This document shows, piece after piece, positions 1 to 9,967 of a DNA stretch of 64,000 nt. Location: positions 9,087 through 73,086 of the forward strand of contig JBIINH010000001.1 in the NCBI GenBank assembly GCA_044337585.1, written 5' to 3'. Under the pieces are notes generated by a model. It saw only the letters and a program-made list of their open reading frames with translations, did not search any database and had not been told where the DNA came from. The position numbers and the translations under genes are program-made. The DNA comes from Bacteroidia bacterium (GTDB lineage: Bacteria; Bacteroidota; Bacteroidia; UKL13-3). Position 1 is the first letter of the stretch. Each line of letters starts with the position of its first letter.

Positions 1-1649
1 AATGCGAAATTTCAGAAATGTTTACTGGTCGCACTTATGTTTTGTTTCGCTACAAGCTTTTGAAGGATGTAAGAATGGTTTATGTGCCAGCCCGATCAGT
101 TGGTGAATATGGAGGAGAATTGGATAATTGGGTTTGGCCAAGGCATTCAGGCGACTTTGCTTTTCTTCGGGCATATGTTGCTCCTGACGGAAGCTCGGCT
201 GAATATAACGTAGCCAACGTGCCCTACAAACCAGCAAAACATTTAAAGGTTAATCCAAATGGGGTTCGAGAAAATGATTTCGTATTTGTGCTTGGTTATC
301 CGGGTCGTACATACCGCCATCAACCTGCTAAATTTTTTCAATATCATGAGCAGTACTTATTAAAGTATGTAAGCGATTTGTATGATTGGCAAATCAATAC
401 CATGCAAGAGTTAAGTTTAGGTAATGAAGCGTTGGCAATAAAGTATGCTGGTAAAGAAAAAAGTTTGGCCAATGTTACCAAAAACTATAAAGGAAAAATG
501 CAGGGCTTTAGTCGTTCAGGACTCACAAAACAAAAGTTTGAAGATGAACAACAATTGCAACAGTTTATTGATGCAGACGATTACTTGAAACAAAAATATG
601 CCAACATTATTCCACGTATCAATCAATTGTATGATACTATTATTCAATTTGCACAACGCAATTTGTGGTATGATTATATTTACAATGTAAGCCCAACTTT
701 ATTGTGCGCTGCTGTTATGGATAACTATGCAGACGAATATCGAAAACTAACTACCGATGCAGATCGCAAAGTGTTTATGGAAAAACAAACACCACGGTTA
801 AAAGCAGCGATAGCAAGGTATGTAGGTTTGTATGATAAGCCATTTGAACAAAGAGCCCTTGTAAAAATGATAAAAGATGCGTTGAAACATAAATCTGATA
901 ACCGTATTGCAGCCATCGACCAATTGAGTGCCAATTTTAAAACGGATGCAGATATTGAAAAGTACGTAGCATCCATATTTGCAAAAACTGTTTTTAACAA
1001 TCCAATTAAAGCAAATGAATTGTTTACCAAAGATTCTCTTAAATTTATGTTGATGAAAGATCCGATTATTATGTTGGCATCAGCATTGAATGAGGAAATG
1101 AATATGTTAGATGCAATGGACCGAACTAGAGAAAGTGAACTGAGCCTATTGATGGCTAAATATGTTGATGCCAAAAGTGAATGGAAAAGCAAGCAATTTG
1201 TTCCTGATGCCAATGGAACCTTGAGATTTACGTATGGATATGTGAAGGGATATAGCCCTAATGATGGAGAGTTTCACAAGCCATTTACCACCTTACGTGG
1301 TGTGATAGAAAAAGAAAGTCCCGAATATGAATTACTAGCCGCCATTAAGGAGTTATATGCACAAAAAGATTATGGAGATTTTATACATCCCGATTTGGGC
1401 GACTTGCCAGTAAATATTTTATATAATTTAGATACAACAGGTGGCAACAGTGGAAGTCCTGTTATGGATAAAAATGGCGACCTCATAGCTGTAAATTTTG
1501 ACAGGGCATACACGGCCACAATTAATGACTATGCATGGAATGAAAGTTATAGCCGTTCTGTAGCTGTTGATATTCGTTATGTGCTTTGGGTTACACAAAA
1601 AGTAGCCAAAGCAGATTATCTGCTACAAGAAATGCAAGTTTTGAAATAG
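1..1649 (+). CDS. S46 family dipeptidyl-peptidase (DPP7/DPP11-like), 5'-truncated at the window edge
   Basis: The ORF is open to position 1 with no upstream stop. The C-terminal region carries the serine-protease motif TGGNSGSPV and matches S46 peptidase organisation. About 170 N-terminal residues, including the catalytic His, lie outside the window. Confidence 0.75.
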   Translation, partial: CEISEMFTGRTYVLFRYKLLKDVRMVYVPARSVGEYGGELDNWVWPRHSGDFAFLRAYVAPDGSSAEYNVANVPYKPAKHLKVNPNGVRENDFVFVLGYPGRTYRHQPAKFFQYHEQYLLKYVSDLYDWQINTMQELSLGNEALAIKYAGKEKSLANVTKNYKGKMQGFSRSGLTKQKFEDEQQLQQFIDADDYLKQKYANIIPRINQLYDTIIQFAQRNLWYDYIYNVSPTLLCAAVMDNYADEYRKLTTDADRKVFMEKQTPRLKAAIARYVGLYDKPFEQRALVKMIKDALKHKSDNRIAAIDQLSANFKTDADIEKYVASIFAKTVFNNPIKANELFTKDSLKFMLMKDPIIMLASALNEEMNMLDAMDRTRESELSLLMAKYVDAKSEWKSKQFVPDANGTLRFTYGYVKGYSPNDGEFHKPFTTLRGVIEKESPEYELLAAIKELYAQKDYGDFIHPDLGDLPVNILYNLDTTGGNSGSPVMDKNGDLIAVNFDRAYTATINDYAWNESYSRSVAVDIRYVLWVTQKVAKADYLLQEMQVLK

Positions 1650-1684
1650 CCAAACTTTATACTGATTGAGAAGTTTAAAGTGAG

Positions 1685-2692
1685 ATGGCACTAATTGAAT
1701 TTACGGAAAAGGGAATGTATGTTGCCCAAGCAGGTGTATACATCGATCCATGGAGAGGCGTAGATCGCGCCATCATCACTCACGGGCACAGTGATCATGC
1801 CAGAAGCGGAAGCGAACACTACCTATCTCATGTGCAATCGTTACCCATTTTGAGAAGAAGAATAGGAAATCAACAATTTCAAGGTGTGGTTTATGGTGAA
1901 TCAATTAATATAAATGGAGTAAAGTTTTCATTACATCCTGCGGGTCATGTTTTGGGTTCATCACAAGTGAGGGTTGAATACAAAGGTGAGATATGGGTTG
2001 CTAGTGGCGATTATAAATTAGAAAATGATGGGGTGAGCCCTGCCTTTGAGCCCGTAAATTGCCATACATTCATCACAGAGTCTACTTTTGGTTTACCTGT
2101 ATTTAATTGGCAACCCCAACATACAATCATGAATGAGATTAACGATTGGTGGAAACTTAATAAGGAAAAAGGAATGTGCAGCATATTGCTTGCATACTCA
2201 TTAGGAAAAGCGCAACGTATCCTTCAACATATCGACCCATCAATTGGTAATGTATATGTGCATGGCTCAGTCGCATCTATGAACGAAGCCTATGAGGAAG
2301 CTGGCATAACTTTAAATAAATATCAAAAGCCTACAGCTGATTTGCCTAAATCTGCTTATGCCGGAGCCTTGGTTATTGCACCATCGAGCACAGAAAACTC
2401 ATCATGGATGAAACGATTTGAACCTTACAGCACTGGTATTGCAAGCGGTTGGATGGCCATGCGTGGATTTAGGAGAAGGATGTCGGCTGATAGGGGATTT
2501 GTATTAAGTGACCATGCTGATTGGGCCGGATTGAATAAAGCCATTTCTGCTACAGGTGCCTCTAAAATATTGGTTACTCATGGATATACACAGCCTTTCT
2601 CCCGTTGGCTAAACGAAAAGGGATTAGAAGCACATGCCGTTCAAACCCGATTTACGGGTGAGTCTCCGGAAAATAAAGACGAACCAGTGTGA
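1685..2692 (+). CDS. ligase-associated DNA damage response exonuclease (metallo-beta-lactamase/beta-CASP fold)
   Basis: Carries the HGHSDH metallo-beta-lactamase motif. It ends 4 nt inside the start of the ATP-dependent ligase (2689), so the two are translationally coupled. Co-operonic with the Lhr-like helicase. Confidence 0.8.
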   Translation: MALIEFTEKGMYVAQAGVYIDPWRGVDRAIITHGHSDHARSGSEHYLSHVQSLPILRRRIGNQQFQGVVYGESININGVKFSLHPAGHVLGSSQVRVEYKGEIWVASGDYKLENDGVSPAFEPVNCHTFITESTFGLPVFNWQPQHTIMNEINDWWKLNKEKGMCSILLAYSLGKAQRILQHIDPSIGNVYVHGSVASMNEAYEEAGITLNKYQKPTADLPKSAYAGALVIAPSSTENSSWMKRFEPYSTGIASGWMAMRGFRRRMSADRGFVLSDHADWAGLNKAISATGASKILVTHGYTQPFSRWLNEKGLEAHAVQTRFTGESPENKDEPV

Positions 2693-4269
2693 AAGCATTT
2701 GTTGATTTGTTTCAGGCTCTTGATCGCACTACCCGCACCAATGAGAAAATAGATGCGCTCTGTAAATATTTGCAGAACGCTAGTGATGAAGATAAACTAT
2801 GGACCATCGCCTTATTTACAGACCGGCAACCTAAGCGAGCAGTAAAATCAACAGAGTTGAGGGCTTGGGCTGCCGATGCTGCTAGTATTCCTTTGTGGTT
2901 GCTTGAGGAATCATGGCATACCGTGGGTGATTTGTCTGAAACGATTGCTTCTATTTTACCTAATTACATTTCCGAAAAAGAACAACCGTTAACCTACTGG
3001 ATTCAGTATATCCGCAATATGTATGGACTGAAAGAAGAAGAGAAAAAATCGCAGTTGCTCCAAGCATGGAAATCATTTTCGAAAGAGGAACGATTTGTAT
3101 TCAATAAGTTAACTTCAGGTAATTTTCGAGTGGGTGTTTCGCAAAAAATATTGGTAAAAGCACTTGCCAAATATTCAGATATTGCTGAAAATACCATTAC
3201 GCACCGATTAATGGGCAATTGGCATCCAGATGATGTTTCTTACGGAGAATTAATTACTGTGGGTAATGAAACCGATGATTTTTCGAAACCCTATCCCTTT
3301 TACTTAGCTTATTCATTAGAAAAGCAATTACCTGAATTAGGGGATATCAATGAATGGCAGGCAGAATATAAATGGGATGGTATTCGTTGCCAACTTATCA
3401 AACGAAATGGACAATTGTTTATTTGGTCTAGAGGCGAAGAACTCATCACCTCAGGTTTTCCCGAATTTGAGGATTTGATTGGAAAATTACCAGATGGAAC
3501 TGTTTTAGATGGAGAGTTATTGGCATGTAATAAAGGTATTCCAATGCCATTTCAAGAATTGCAAAAGCGTATTAGCCGCAAAAAAGTAACAACAAAGATT
3601 AAGGAACAAATTCCTGTTTCAATATTCGCATATGATTTGTTGGAGTTTGATAAAATAGATATTAGGGCCAACCCTTTGCGCGAAAGACGCTTCTTGCTTG
3701 AAGAGCTTGTTCGTAAAATAGACACACCATTATTACAGCTATCAGCAAAAATTGAAGTGAATCAATGGGAAGACCTAAAGGATATTCAACAAGCAGCAAG
3801 AAATAAAATGGCAGAAGGCTTGATGTTGAAGCAAATTCATTCGCCTTATCTTTCGGGTAGGAAAAAAGGCGATTGGTGGAAGTGGAAAGTAGATCCCTAT
3901 ACTGTTGATGCAGTTTTGCTGTATGCCCAAAGTGGCAGTGGTCGCAGGGCAAATCTCTACACTGACTATACTTTTGCCGTGTGGAATGATTCAGGGCAAT
4001 TGGTCCCTTTTGCAAAAGCATATTCTGGTTTGACGGATTCTGAAATATTGCAAGTAGATACTTGGATACGAAAAAACACAATTGAGAAATTTGGACCAGT
4101 TAGAAGTGTGAATCCTACACTAGTTTTCGAAATTGGATTTGAAGGCATTAATGCATCACCTAGGCATAAGTCAGGAATTGCAGTTAGGTTTCCCCGTATA
4201 CTTAGGTGGCGAAAGGATAAGCCAGCCTCAGAGGCTGACCATATTAACATTCTAAAGGGGCTGATGTAG
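2689..4269 (+). CDS. ATP-dependent DNA ligase (LADDR-associated, LigC-like)
   Basis: Ligase motif I (EYKWDGIR, KxDG adenylation lysine) is followed by OB-fold region motifs. 526 aa. Confidence 0.9.
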   Translation: MKAFVDLFQALDRTTRTNEKIDALCKYLQNASDEDKLWTIALFTDRQPKRAVKSTELRAWAADAASIPLWLLEESWHTVGDLSETIASILPNYISEKEQPLTYWIQYIRNMYGLKEEEKKSQLLQAWKSFSKEERFVFNKLTSGNFRVGVSQKILVKALAKYSDIAENTITHRLMGNWHPDDVSYGELITVGNETDDFSKPYPFYLAYSLEKQLPELGDINEWQAEYKWDGIRCQLIKRNGQLFIWSRGEELITSGFPEFEDLIGKLPDGTVLDGELLACNKGIPMPFQELQKRISRKKVTTKIKEQIPVSIFAYDLLEFDKIDIRANPLRERRFLLEELVRKIDTPLLQLSAKIEVNQWEDLKDIQQAARNKMAEGLMLKQIHSPYLSGRKKGDWWKWKVDPYTVDAVLLYAQSGSGRRANLYTDYTFAVWNDSGQLVPFAKAYSGLTDSEILQVDTWIRKNTIEKFGPVRSVNPTLVFEIGFEGINASPRHKSGIAVRFPRILRWRKDKPASEADHINILKGLM

Positions 4270-4294
4270 GAAATCTACATGAAATTAATTAACA

Positions 4295-4594
4295 TTGAAA
4301 TCGTTAAAAAATATGCTTATGTTACTCGCTAAAAGAATTAGAATGATACGCAAACAAAAGATGAAAACTCAAGAAGAGATTTGTCAAATAATTGGTATCA
4401 CCCAACCTGCCTACTCTCAATATGAGAATGAAGCTGCAAATATGACCTTTGGCACCATCATAAAAATTGCTGAAGCATTAGAGGTTCCAATCCCATTCTT
4501 AACAGATATTTATTCTGAACATACCGATTATGACGCTTGGAGAAATGATTTGCAATCTTATAAAGTAGTAAAAAAATTTGTAACAAATGAATAG
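4295..4594 (+). CDS. XRE-family helix-turn-helix transcriptional regulator (short, no peptidase domain)
   Basis: Lambda-Cro/XRE-like HTH (QEEICQIIGITQPAYSQYENE). The real start may be an internal Met (MLMLLAKRIR...). It overlaps the next gene by 8 nt. Confidence 0.7.
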   Translation: MKSLKNMLMLLAKRIRMIRKQKMKTQEEICQIIGITQPAYSQYENEAANMTFGTIIKIAEALEVPIPFLTDIYSEHTDYDAWRNDLQSYKVVKKFVTNE

Positions 4595-5132
4595 TATAAT
4601 AAAAACGTTAGCCTGGCCATTAGGAATTATTTCTTTAGCCTTACTAGTGATAGGACTTATTGCAGTTACCGCACCCAATATGACCATAGAAACACTGGTT
4701 TTATATTTTGCAGTAATGTTGCTGATTATTGGCAGTGTTCAGTTATTGATAGCCATTGTGCTAAGAAACAAAATGAAGCTTTGGTTGGCATTGGCATCCT
4801 TATCAGCGTTGTTTTTAGTTGCTGGGGGATACATGATCTACAACCCTGAAAAATCGAAAGTAGCATTCGAGAATGCCATTTCAATTTGGGCTGTTTCAAC
4901 AGGGATTATTCAGCTGTTTTTAGCCTTTCGCAACCAATCAACCCGCATATTCTTATTAAGCGGTGGCATATTGTCTATCATTATTGGCCTTATACTTTAT
5001 TTAAATGACAATACTCAGAATATGCAGTTTTTGTTCGGATTTTACACATTATTACTTAGCTTATTTATGTTACTTGTTGTGTTCAAAATTTTCAGAATGA
5101 AAACAGAACCAATTGAGTCTAGAAAGGTTTAA
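4587..5132 (+). CDS. DUF308/HdeD-like small multipass membrane protein
   Basis: 181 aa with about six hydrophobic helices and repeated GxxxG-like spacing typical of HdeD/DUF308. Translationally coupled to the HTH gene. Confidence 0.55.
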   Translation: MNSIIKTLAWPLGIISLALLVIGLIAVTAPNMTIETLVLYFAVMLLIIGSVQLLIAIVLRNKMKLWLALASLSALFLVAGGYMIYNPEKSKVAFENAISIWAVSTGIIQLFLAFRNQSTRIFLLSGGILSIIIGLILYLNDNTQNMQFLFGFYTLLLSLFMLLVVFKIFRMKTEPIESRKV

Positions 5133-5138
5133 CCTTAA

Positions 5139-7580
5139 GTGAACTCATCTCGTAACAAGCTAAATATTTCAAATGAATGGTTCCTTCTAAAAAAGTGGGA
5201 GCCATTTTTGTTTCAACTACAGTGCTGGGAAGCCTTTGATAAAGGAAAAAGCGGATTGCTAAATGCGCCAACAGGTTCTGGAAAAACCTATGCTTTGGCC
5301 CTACCTGCATTGGAATATATTGCTTCAAAAAAACAAAAAGGTGTAAAAGGGCTAATGGTTATTTGGATTACGCCAATAAGGGCATTAGCAAATGATTTAC
5401 AACATGCTATTTCCGATGCCGCTTCTTTTATATGTCCTGATGCAATTATAGCTGTTCGCACAGGAGATACTTCAACAAAAGAAAGGCAACAACAAAAACG
5501 AAATAGTCCAAATTTCCTTATCACCACACCAGAGAGTTTGCAATTGATGTTGGCACAAAAAGGCAGCACAACTATTTTTGAAAATTTAAGTTGCGTAGTT
5601 ATTGATGAATGGCACGAACTAATTGGAGGTAAACGTGGCGTTTTGGTTGAGTTAGCATTATCACGTTTGCGCAGCTTGATGCCTCAATTAAGAATATGGG
5701 GAATTAGCGCCACCATTGGCAATTTGGAAGAATCGATGGAAGTATTGCTTGGAAACAATGCTGCAAAAGGGGTGATGATAAAATCCAACTTACAAAAGCA
5801 AATTGAGGTTATTTCAATCATTCCGGATGAAATGGATACCTTTCCATGGGCAGGGCATTTGGGCACAAAACTCATTGATAAAGTTTTGCCCATCATACAT
5901 CAAGCAAAAACAACATTGGTGTTTACCAACACCCGTGCGCAAACTGAAATTTGGTATCAAGCATTATTAAATGCTATGCCAGAGTTGGCAGGCAGTATGG
6001 CCATGCATCATGGCTCAATCAATAATGATTTGCGCTATTGGGTGGAGCAACAATTGCACACCGGTGAATTAAAAGTAGTTGTCTGCACATCCAGTCTTGA
6101 CCTTGGCGTTGATTTTAGGCCGGTAGAGCAAGTGATTCAGGTTGGCGGTCCAAAGGGAATTGCACGTTTTTTGCAACGTGCAGGCAGAAGTGGGCATCAA
6201 CCAGGGGCGAAGAGCAAAATCTATTTTTTGCCAACACATGCTATTGAATTGATGGAAGCCTCTGCCATGCGTAAAGCCATCTCATTGCAAAAAATGGAAA
6301 GTAAAATTCCAGTTATACGTGCATTTGATGTGTTGTGTCAATACCTTGTTTCATTGGCCGTTGGAGATGGATTGGATGATAAAAAAGTTTATCAGGAAGT
6401 AAAATCAACATACTGTTTCAATAGCATCACGGATGATGAATGGGATTGGGTGATGCATTTCATCACACAAGGGGGAAAATCTTTGTATGCCTACGATGAG
6501 TTTAAAAAAGTGGAGTTGGATACAGATGGAAAATACCGTGTATTGAATAAGCGCATAGCCCTAAGGCATCGCCTATCAATTGGTGTTATTGTTAGTGATC
6601 CATCTATCGAAGTGAAATACATGAGCGGTTCGCGATTGGGAACAGTTGAAGAATATTTTATATCAAAAATGAAGCCCGGAGATGTGTTCACATTTGCTGG
6701 AAAAAGTTTAGAAATTGTACAATTCAAGGATTTGTCAGTTTTGGTTAGAAAGGTAAACAGAAAAGGAGCCATTGCCAGCTGGCAGGGTGGTCGATTGCCT
6801 TTATCAAACAAGCTTTCTGAAATGTTGCGAGAGGGTATTAGTGAATACCAAAACGGAGCCGAAAGGGATACCGAATATGCTGCTGTAGATAGGGTGTTGT
6901 CATTTCAACAAAAGCGTTCGTTATTGCCCACTAAACAAGAATTATTGATTGAGAAATTGCAGACCAAAGAAGGTTATCATGTATTTGTATATCCATTTGA
7001 AGGCCGAAACGTGCATGAAGGATTATCAGGATTGATGGCGTATCGCATTTCGCGTCAATTGCCCATTTCATTTTCAATTGCATTTAATGACTACGGATTT
7101 GAACTGCTAAGCGACCAACCCATACCAATAGAAAATGCTTTGGAAGAAGATGTATTTAGTGACAACGATTTGATAGCGGATATGATGCATAGTATCAATA
7201 GTATGGAAATGGCAAAAAGAAAATTCAGGGACATAGCCAATATAGCCGGACTAATCTTTACCGGGTTTCCCGGGAAAAACATGAAAACAAAACACTTGCA
7301 AGCATCCTCTTCTATGTTCTTTAAAGTACTATCCGAACATGAGCCCGATAATTTATTGGTGAAGCAAGCCTACGAAGAAGTATTGCTCGATCAGTTAGAA
7401 GAACTGAGGCTTCGCGAAACACTAAAAAGAATTGGCCAACAACAAATCAGGTTAGTTGAGTTGTCTCAGCCTTCGCCATTTGCTTTCCCAATAATGGTGG
7501 ACAGGCTTAGAGAAAAAATGTCTTCAGAAACAATTGAAGACAGAGTGAAGAAAATGCAAATCAAATTAATGAAAAGCTAA
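5139..7580 (+). CDS. ligase-associated DNA damage response DEXH-box helicase (Lhr-core-like)
   Basis: Walker A (NAPTGSGKT), DEWH box (VVIDEWHEL) and helicase C motifs (QRAGRSGH). 813 aa. Same operon as the ligase and exonuclease. Confidence 0.9.
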   Translation: MNSSRNKLNISNEWFLLKKWEPFLFQLQCWEAFDKGKSGLLNAPTGSGKTYALALPALEYIASKKQKGVKGLMVIWITPIRALANDLQHAISDAASFICPDAIIAVRTGDTSTKERQQQKRNSPNFLITTPESLQLMLAQKGSTTIFENLSCVVIDEWHELIGGKRGVLVELALSRLRSLMPQLRIWGISATIGNLEESMEVLLGNNAAKGVMIKSNLQKQIEVISIIPDEMDTFPWAGHLGTKLIDKVLPIIHQAKTTLVFTNTRAQTEIWYQALLNAMPELAGSMAMHHGSINNDLRYWVEQQLHTGELKVVVCTSSLDLGVDFRPVEQVIQVGGPKGIARFLQRAGRSGHQPGAKSKIYFLPTHAIELMEASAMRKAISLQKMESKIPVIRAFDVLCQYLVSLAVGDGLDDKKVYQEVKSTYCFNSITDDEWDWVMHFITQGGKSLYAYDEFKKVELDTDGKYRVLNKRIALRHRLSIGVIVSDPSIEVKYMSGSRLGTVEEYFISKMKPGDVFTFAGKSLEIVQFKDLSVLVRKVNRKGAIASWQGGRLPLSNKLSEMLREGISEYQNGAERDTEYAAVDRVLSFQQKRSLLPTKQELLIEKLQTKEGYHVFVYPFEGRNVHEGLSGLMAYRISRQLPISFSIAFNDYGFELLSDQPIPIENALEEDVFSDNDLIADMMHSINSMEMAKRKFRDIANIAGLIFTGFPGKNMKTKHLQASSSMFFKVLSEHEPDNLLVKQAYEEVLLDQLEELRLRETLKRIGQQQIRLVELSQPSPFAFPIMVDRLREKMSSETIEDRVKKMQIKLMKS

Positions 7581-7589
7581 GTAGCTTTT

Positions 7590-8027
7590 TTATGCTGGCC
7601 TAACAACAGCCATGCTGCTATTCGCCCTCGCTACTTCTATTTTTATACCATTGTTCTCGGTCCATAATTCAGACTCACAGAAATATAGCATCTTACCTGC
7701 TTTTACCACGTTTCCTTTTGCATATATATAATCGCCTATGGCAGGATTAAGAAATGCGTTTTGCAACTGGGCTGTTACTACATGTTCGCCCTCATTCACC
7801 AATGTAAAAGCAGCAACACCCATAACTATGTCAGCGATGGTCATGGTGAGCCCACCGTGTAGAAACCCTATTTGTTGTTTAAATTCCTCTTTTATGGCCA
7901 TTCTACCAAAGCATTCACCAGGTGTTAATTGGGTGAGTTCAAATCCGATATAGTTGGTAAAATGATTTGCAGCAAGCTTTTCTCTTATCATTTGCTCATA
8001 CGCTGCTTGTTTGGGTGTGTATTTCAT
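7590..8027 (-). CDS. PaaI-family hotdog-fold thioesterase
   Basis: 145-aa hotdog-fold protein with PaaI-like composition (HGGLTMTIADIVMG). Confidence 0.7.
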   Translation of the reverse strand: MKYTPKQAAYEQMIREKLAANHFTNYIGFELTQLTPGECFGRMAIKEEFKQQIGFLHGGLTMTIADIVMGVAAFTLVNEGEHVVTAQLQNAFLNPAIGDYIYAKGNVVKAGKMLYFCESELWTENNGIKIEVARANSSMAVVRPA

Positions 8028-8114
8028 CTTATGTGTGAGGTGTCGAATTATTTCTTTATTTGTTTACTTTTGAGGCATTACAAAAGTAACCGTTTGGTAT
8101 ATTAATCAACAAAC

Positions 8115-8969
8115 TTGGGAAATATAAAAAGATATATTGATAATGAATACATACAGCAGCATGCTGTGGACTTAGATGTATGGTATTATTTTTATGAATC
8201 GCGCATTGCTTGTTTGATTTGCAATCGGCATGATAAACGAGTGGCTGGTCTAATAACCATTGAGCATAAACATGTATTTGAGCTCAGTTTGTCGCAGCTA
8301 AAAGATGCGCTTTCTCAGATTGGATTGCCAGAGTTGTCATCAGAGCAAAAACATCCTGTTATTGTAGATAGCAGATTTACCATTGTGCCTGAACCCCTCT
8401 ATGTTGGTGAAAAAGCAGAAATCATGTTTAAGTTGGTGCACCCACTGCATAGTACAGATCATTTAGGCGTATCTCAATTTGGTGGAAAAGTACTGTTGTA
8501 TGCTACCAGTGAGCTGTTTTACCGCACACTCAGAATTATTTTTCCAGGTTCAGAAATGCATCATTATGCCACCGATTTATTTAAATATCTAGAGCAGTTT
8601 GGTAACAATCCAGCTAATCGTGTTTATGTACATTTGCATGCAACCTATTTTGATGTAATTAATTACCAAAAACAAAACCTTACCTATCACAATACTTTTC
8701 CATACGAAGCAGATACCGATATTATTTATTTCTTGCTATCGGTATGTGAAAACCTGCAAATTCAATCCGAAAAAATTGAAGTAGTTTTATCCGGAGATTT
8801 TAATATTAACCATACACTTACAGGATTGATGAAAAAGTATATTCCAACAGTAACAATCATGCAGCGAAATGAAGAGTGGACCTATGCAGCATCTATGCGT
8901 GAATTGCAGGAACAGCAATATTTTATGGAATTAACCGGATTATTGTGCGCATCATTTCAGGCTCATTAA
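8115..8969 (+). CDS. conserved hypothetical protein (DUF3822-like, the usual upstream neighbour of rsmD in Bacteroidota)
   Basis: Open frame with no in-frame ATG near the 5' end. The track start is TTG at 8115. No recognisable catalytic motifs. The synteny with rsmD-coaD is typical of the group. Confidence 0.4.
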   Translation: MGNIKRYIDNEYIQQHAVDLDVWYYFYESRIACLICNRHDKRVAGLITIEHKHVFELSLSQLKDALSQIGLPELSSEQKHPVIVDSRFTIVPEPLYVGEKAEIMFKLVHPLHSTDHLGVSQFGGKVLLYATSELFYRTLRIIFPGSEMHHYATDLFKYLEQFGNNPANRVYVHLHATYFDVINYQKQNLTYHNTFPYEADTDIIYFLLSVCENLQIQSEKIEVVLSGDFNINHTLTGLMKKYIPTVTIMQRNEEWTYAASMRELQEQQYFMELTGLLCASFQAH

Positions 8970-9484
8970 AAAGCATTGTGCTTCGCCCGCCTTCAGGCTT
9001 GCCGGTTAGGCCAACCACTGATAGAGCCAAAGAAAGTTTGTTTAATATTCTCGAAAATCAATTTGATATTTCAGCATTATCTGTTTTAGATATTTTTTCT
9101 GGAACTGGAAACATCAGTTATGAGTTTTGCTCTCGTGGTGCCAAACAAGTTATTGCTGTTGATATTCATTCAGGTTGCATTCAGTATATAAAAGAGGTAA
9201 AACAAAAACATTTGTTAAACCAACTATCGGTGTGTAGGAAGGATGCTTTTACATATCTTAATCAATGTGAACAAAACCAGTTTGATATCATTTTCGCTGA
9301 TGCACCTTATGCACTGCATCGCATTTTGGACATTCCAAGCATTGTTTTAAATAAGCAACTACTCAAATCCAATGGCTTACTTATAATTGAACATGATACC
9401 AATTTGGAAATGCAACTACAAATCGGTTTTTTTGATAAAAGAACCTATGGTCAATCTGCCTTTTCTTTTTTCAGATTTTCGTAA
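8945..9484 (+). CDS. rsmD: 16S rRNA (guanine966-N2)-methyltransferase RsmD
   Basis: N-terminus MRIISG...K is typical of RsmD. SAM-binding motif (LDIFSGTGNISYE) and DPPY-like motif (FADAPYA). Confidence 0.85.
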   Translation: MRIISGSLKSIVLRPPSGLPVRPTTDRAKESLFNILENQFDISALSVLDIFSGTGNISYEFCSRGAKQVIAVDIHSGCIQYIKEVKQKHLLNQLSVCRKDAFTYLNQCEQNQFDIIFADAPYALHRILDIPSIVLNKQLLKSNGLLIIEHDTNLEMQLQIGFFDKRTYGQSAFSFFRFS

Positions 9485-9496
9485 ACGCATATAACT

Positions 9497-9967
9497 ATGA
9501 CAGCACCCATCAGACGCAAAGCACTATTTCCAGGCACATTTGATCCGATTACGGTTGGACACGTTAATATCATAGAACGGGCTATGAACTTATTTGACGA
9601 AATAGTGGTGGGTATAGGAAAAAACAGCAGCAAAGCTACCTTGTTTCCACTAGAAAAACGTGAGCAATGGATTCGAGATATTTTTAAAGCCCATACCAAA
9701 GTAAGTGTAGCTACATACGATGGATTAACTGTAGACTTCTGCAGAGAGATAGGGGCGAATTTTGTCTTACGTGGCCTGCGCAATATGGCCGATTTTGATT
9801 ATGAAAAAAACATTGCCCAAATGAATAAGCTGGTTTATAATGAGGCGGAAACTGTTTTCTTAATGTGCGACCCAGCATATACCCCAATAAGCTCATCAGT
9901 TGTTCGCGACCTTATTCGCAACAATGGAAGTATTGAGGGATTTGTGCCCAAAGAAGTAAAACTGTAA
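9497..9967 (+). CDS. coaD: phosphopantetheine adenylyltransferase
   Basis: N-terminal nucleotidyltransferase motif GTFDPITVGH. 156 aa, the typical CoaD length. Confidence 0.9.
   Translation: MTAPIRRKALFPGTFDPITVGHVNIIERAMNLFDEIVVGIGKNSSKATLFPLEKREQWIRDIFKAHTKVSVATYDGLTVDFCREIGANFVLRGLRNMADFDYEKNIAQMNKLVYNEAETVFLMCDPAYTPISSSVVRDLIRNNGSIEGFVPKEVKL

Noticed and set aside
725-1213. Antisense and overlapping ORFs from the six-frame track (for example 725..1213-, 3662..4081-, 10014..10529+, 13243..13650-, 44275..44589-, 61647..61997-, 15682..15903+)
   Set aside because: They lie entirely within strongly supported genes on the opposite strand or in another frame. They show no motifs and have low-complexity or odd composition, so they are treated as spurious.
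8115-8969. Candidate for the missing LADDR phosphoesterase PdeM
   Set aside because: It has no metallophosphoesterase motifs (no GDxHG / GDxxDRG / GNHE). The sequence and synteny with rsmD-coaD fit the DUF3822-like family instead.
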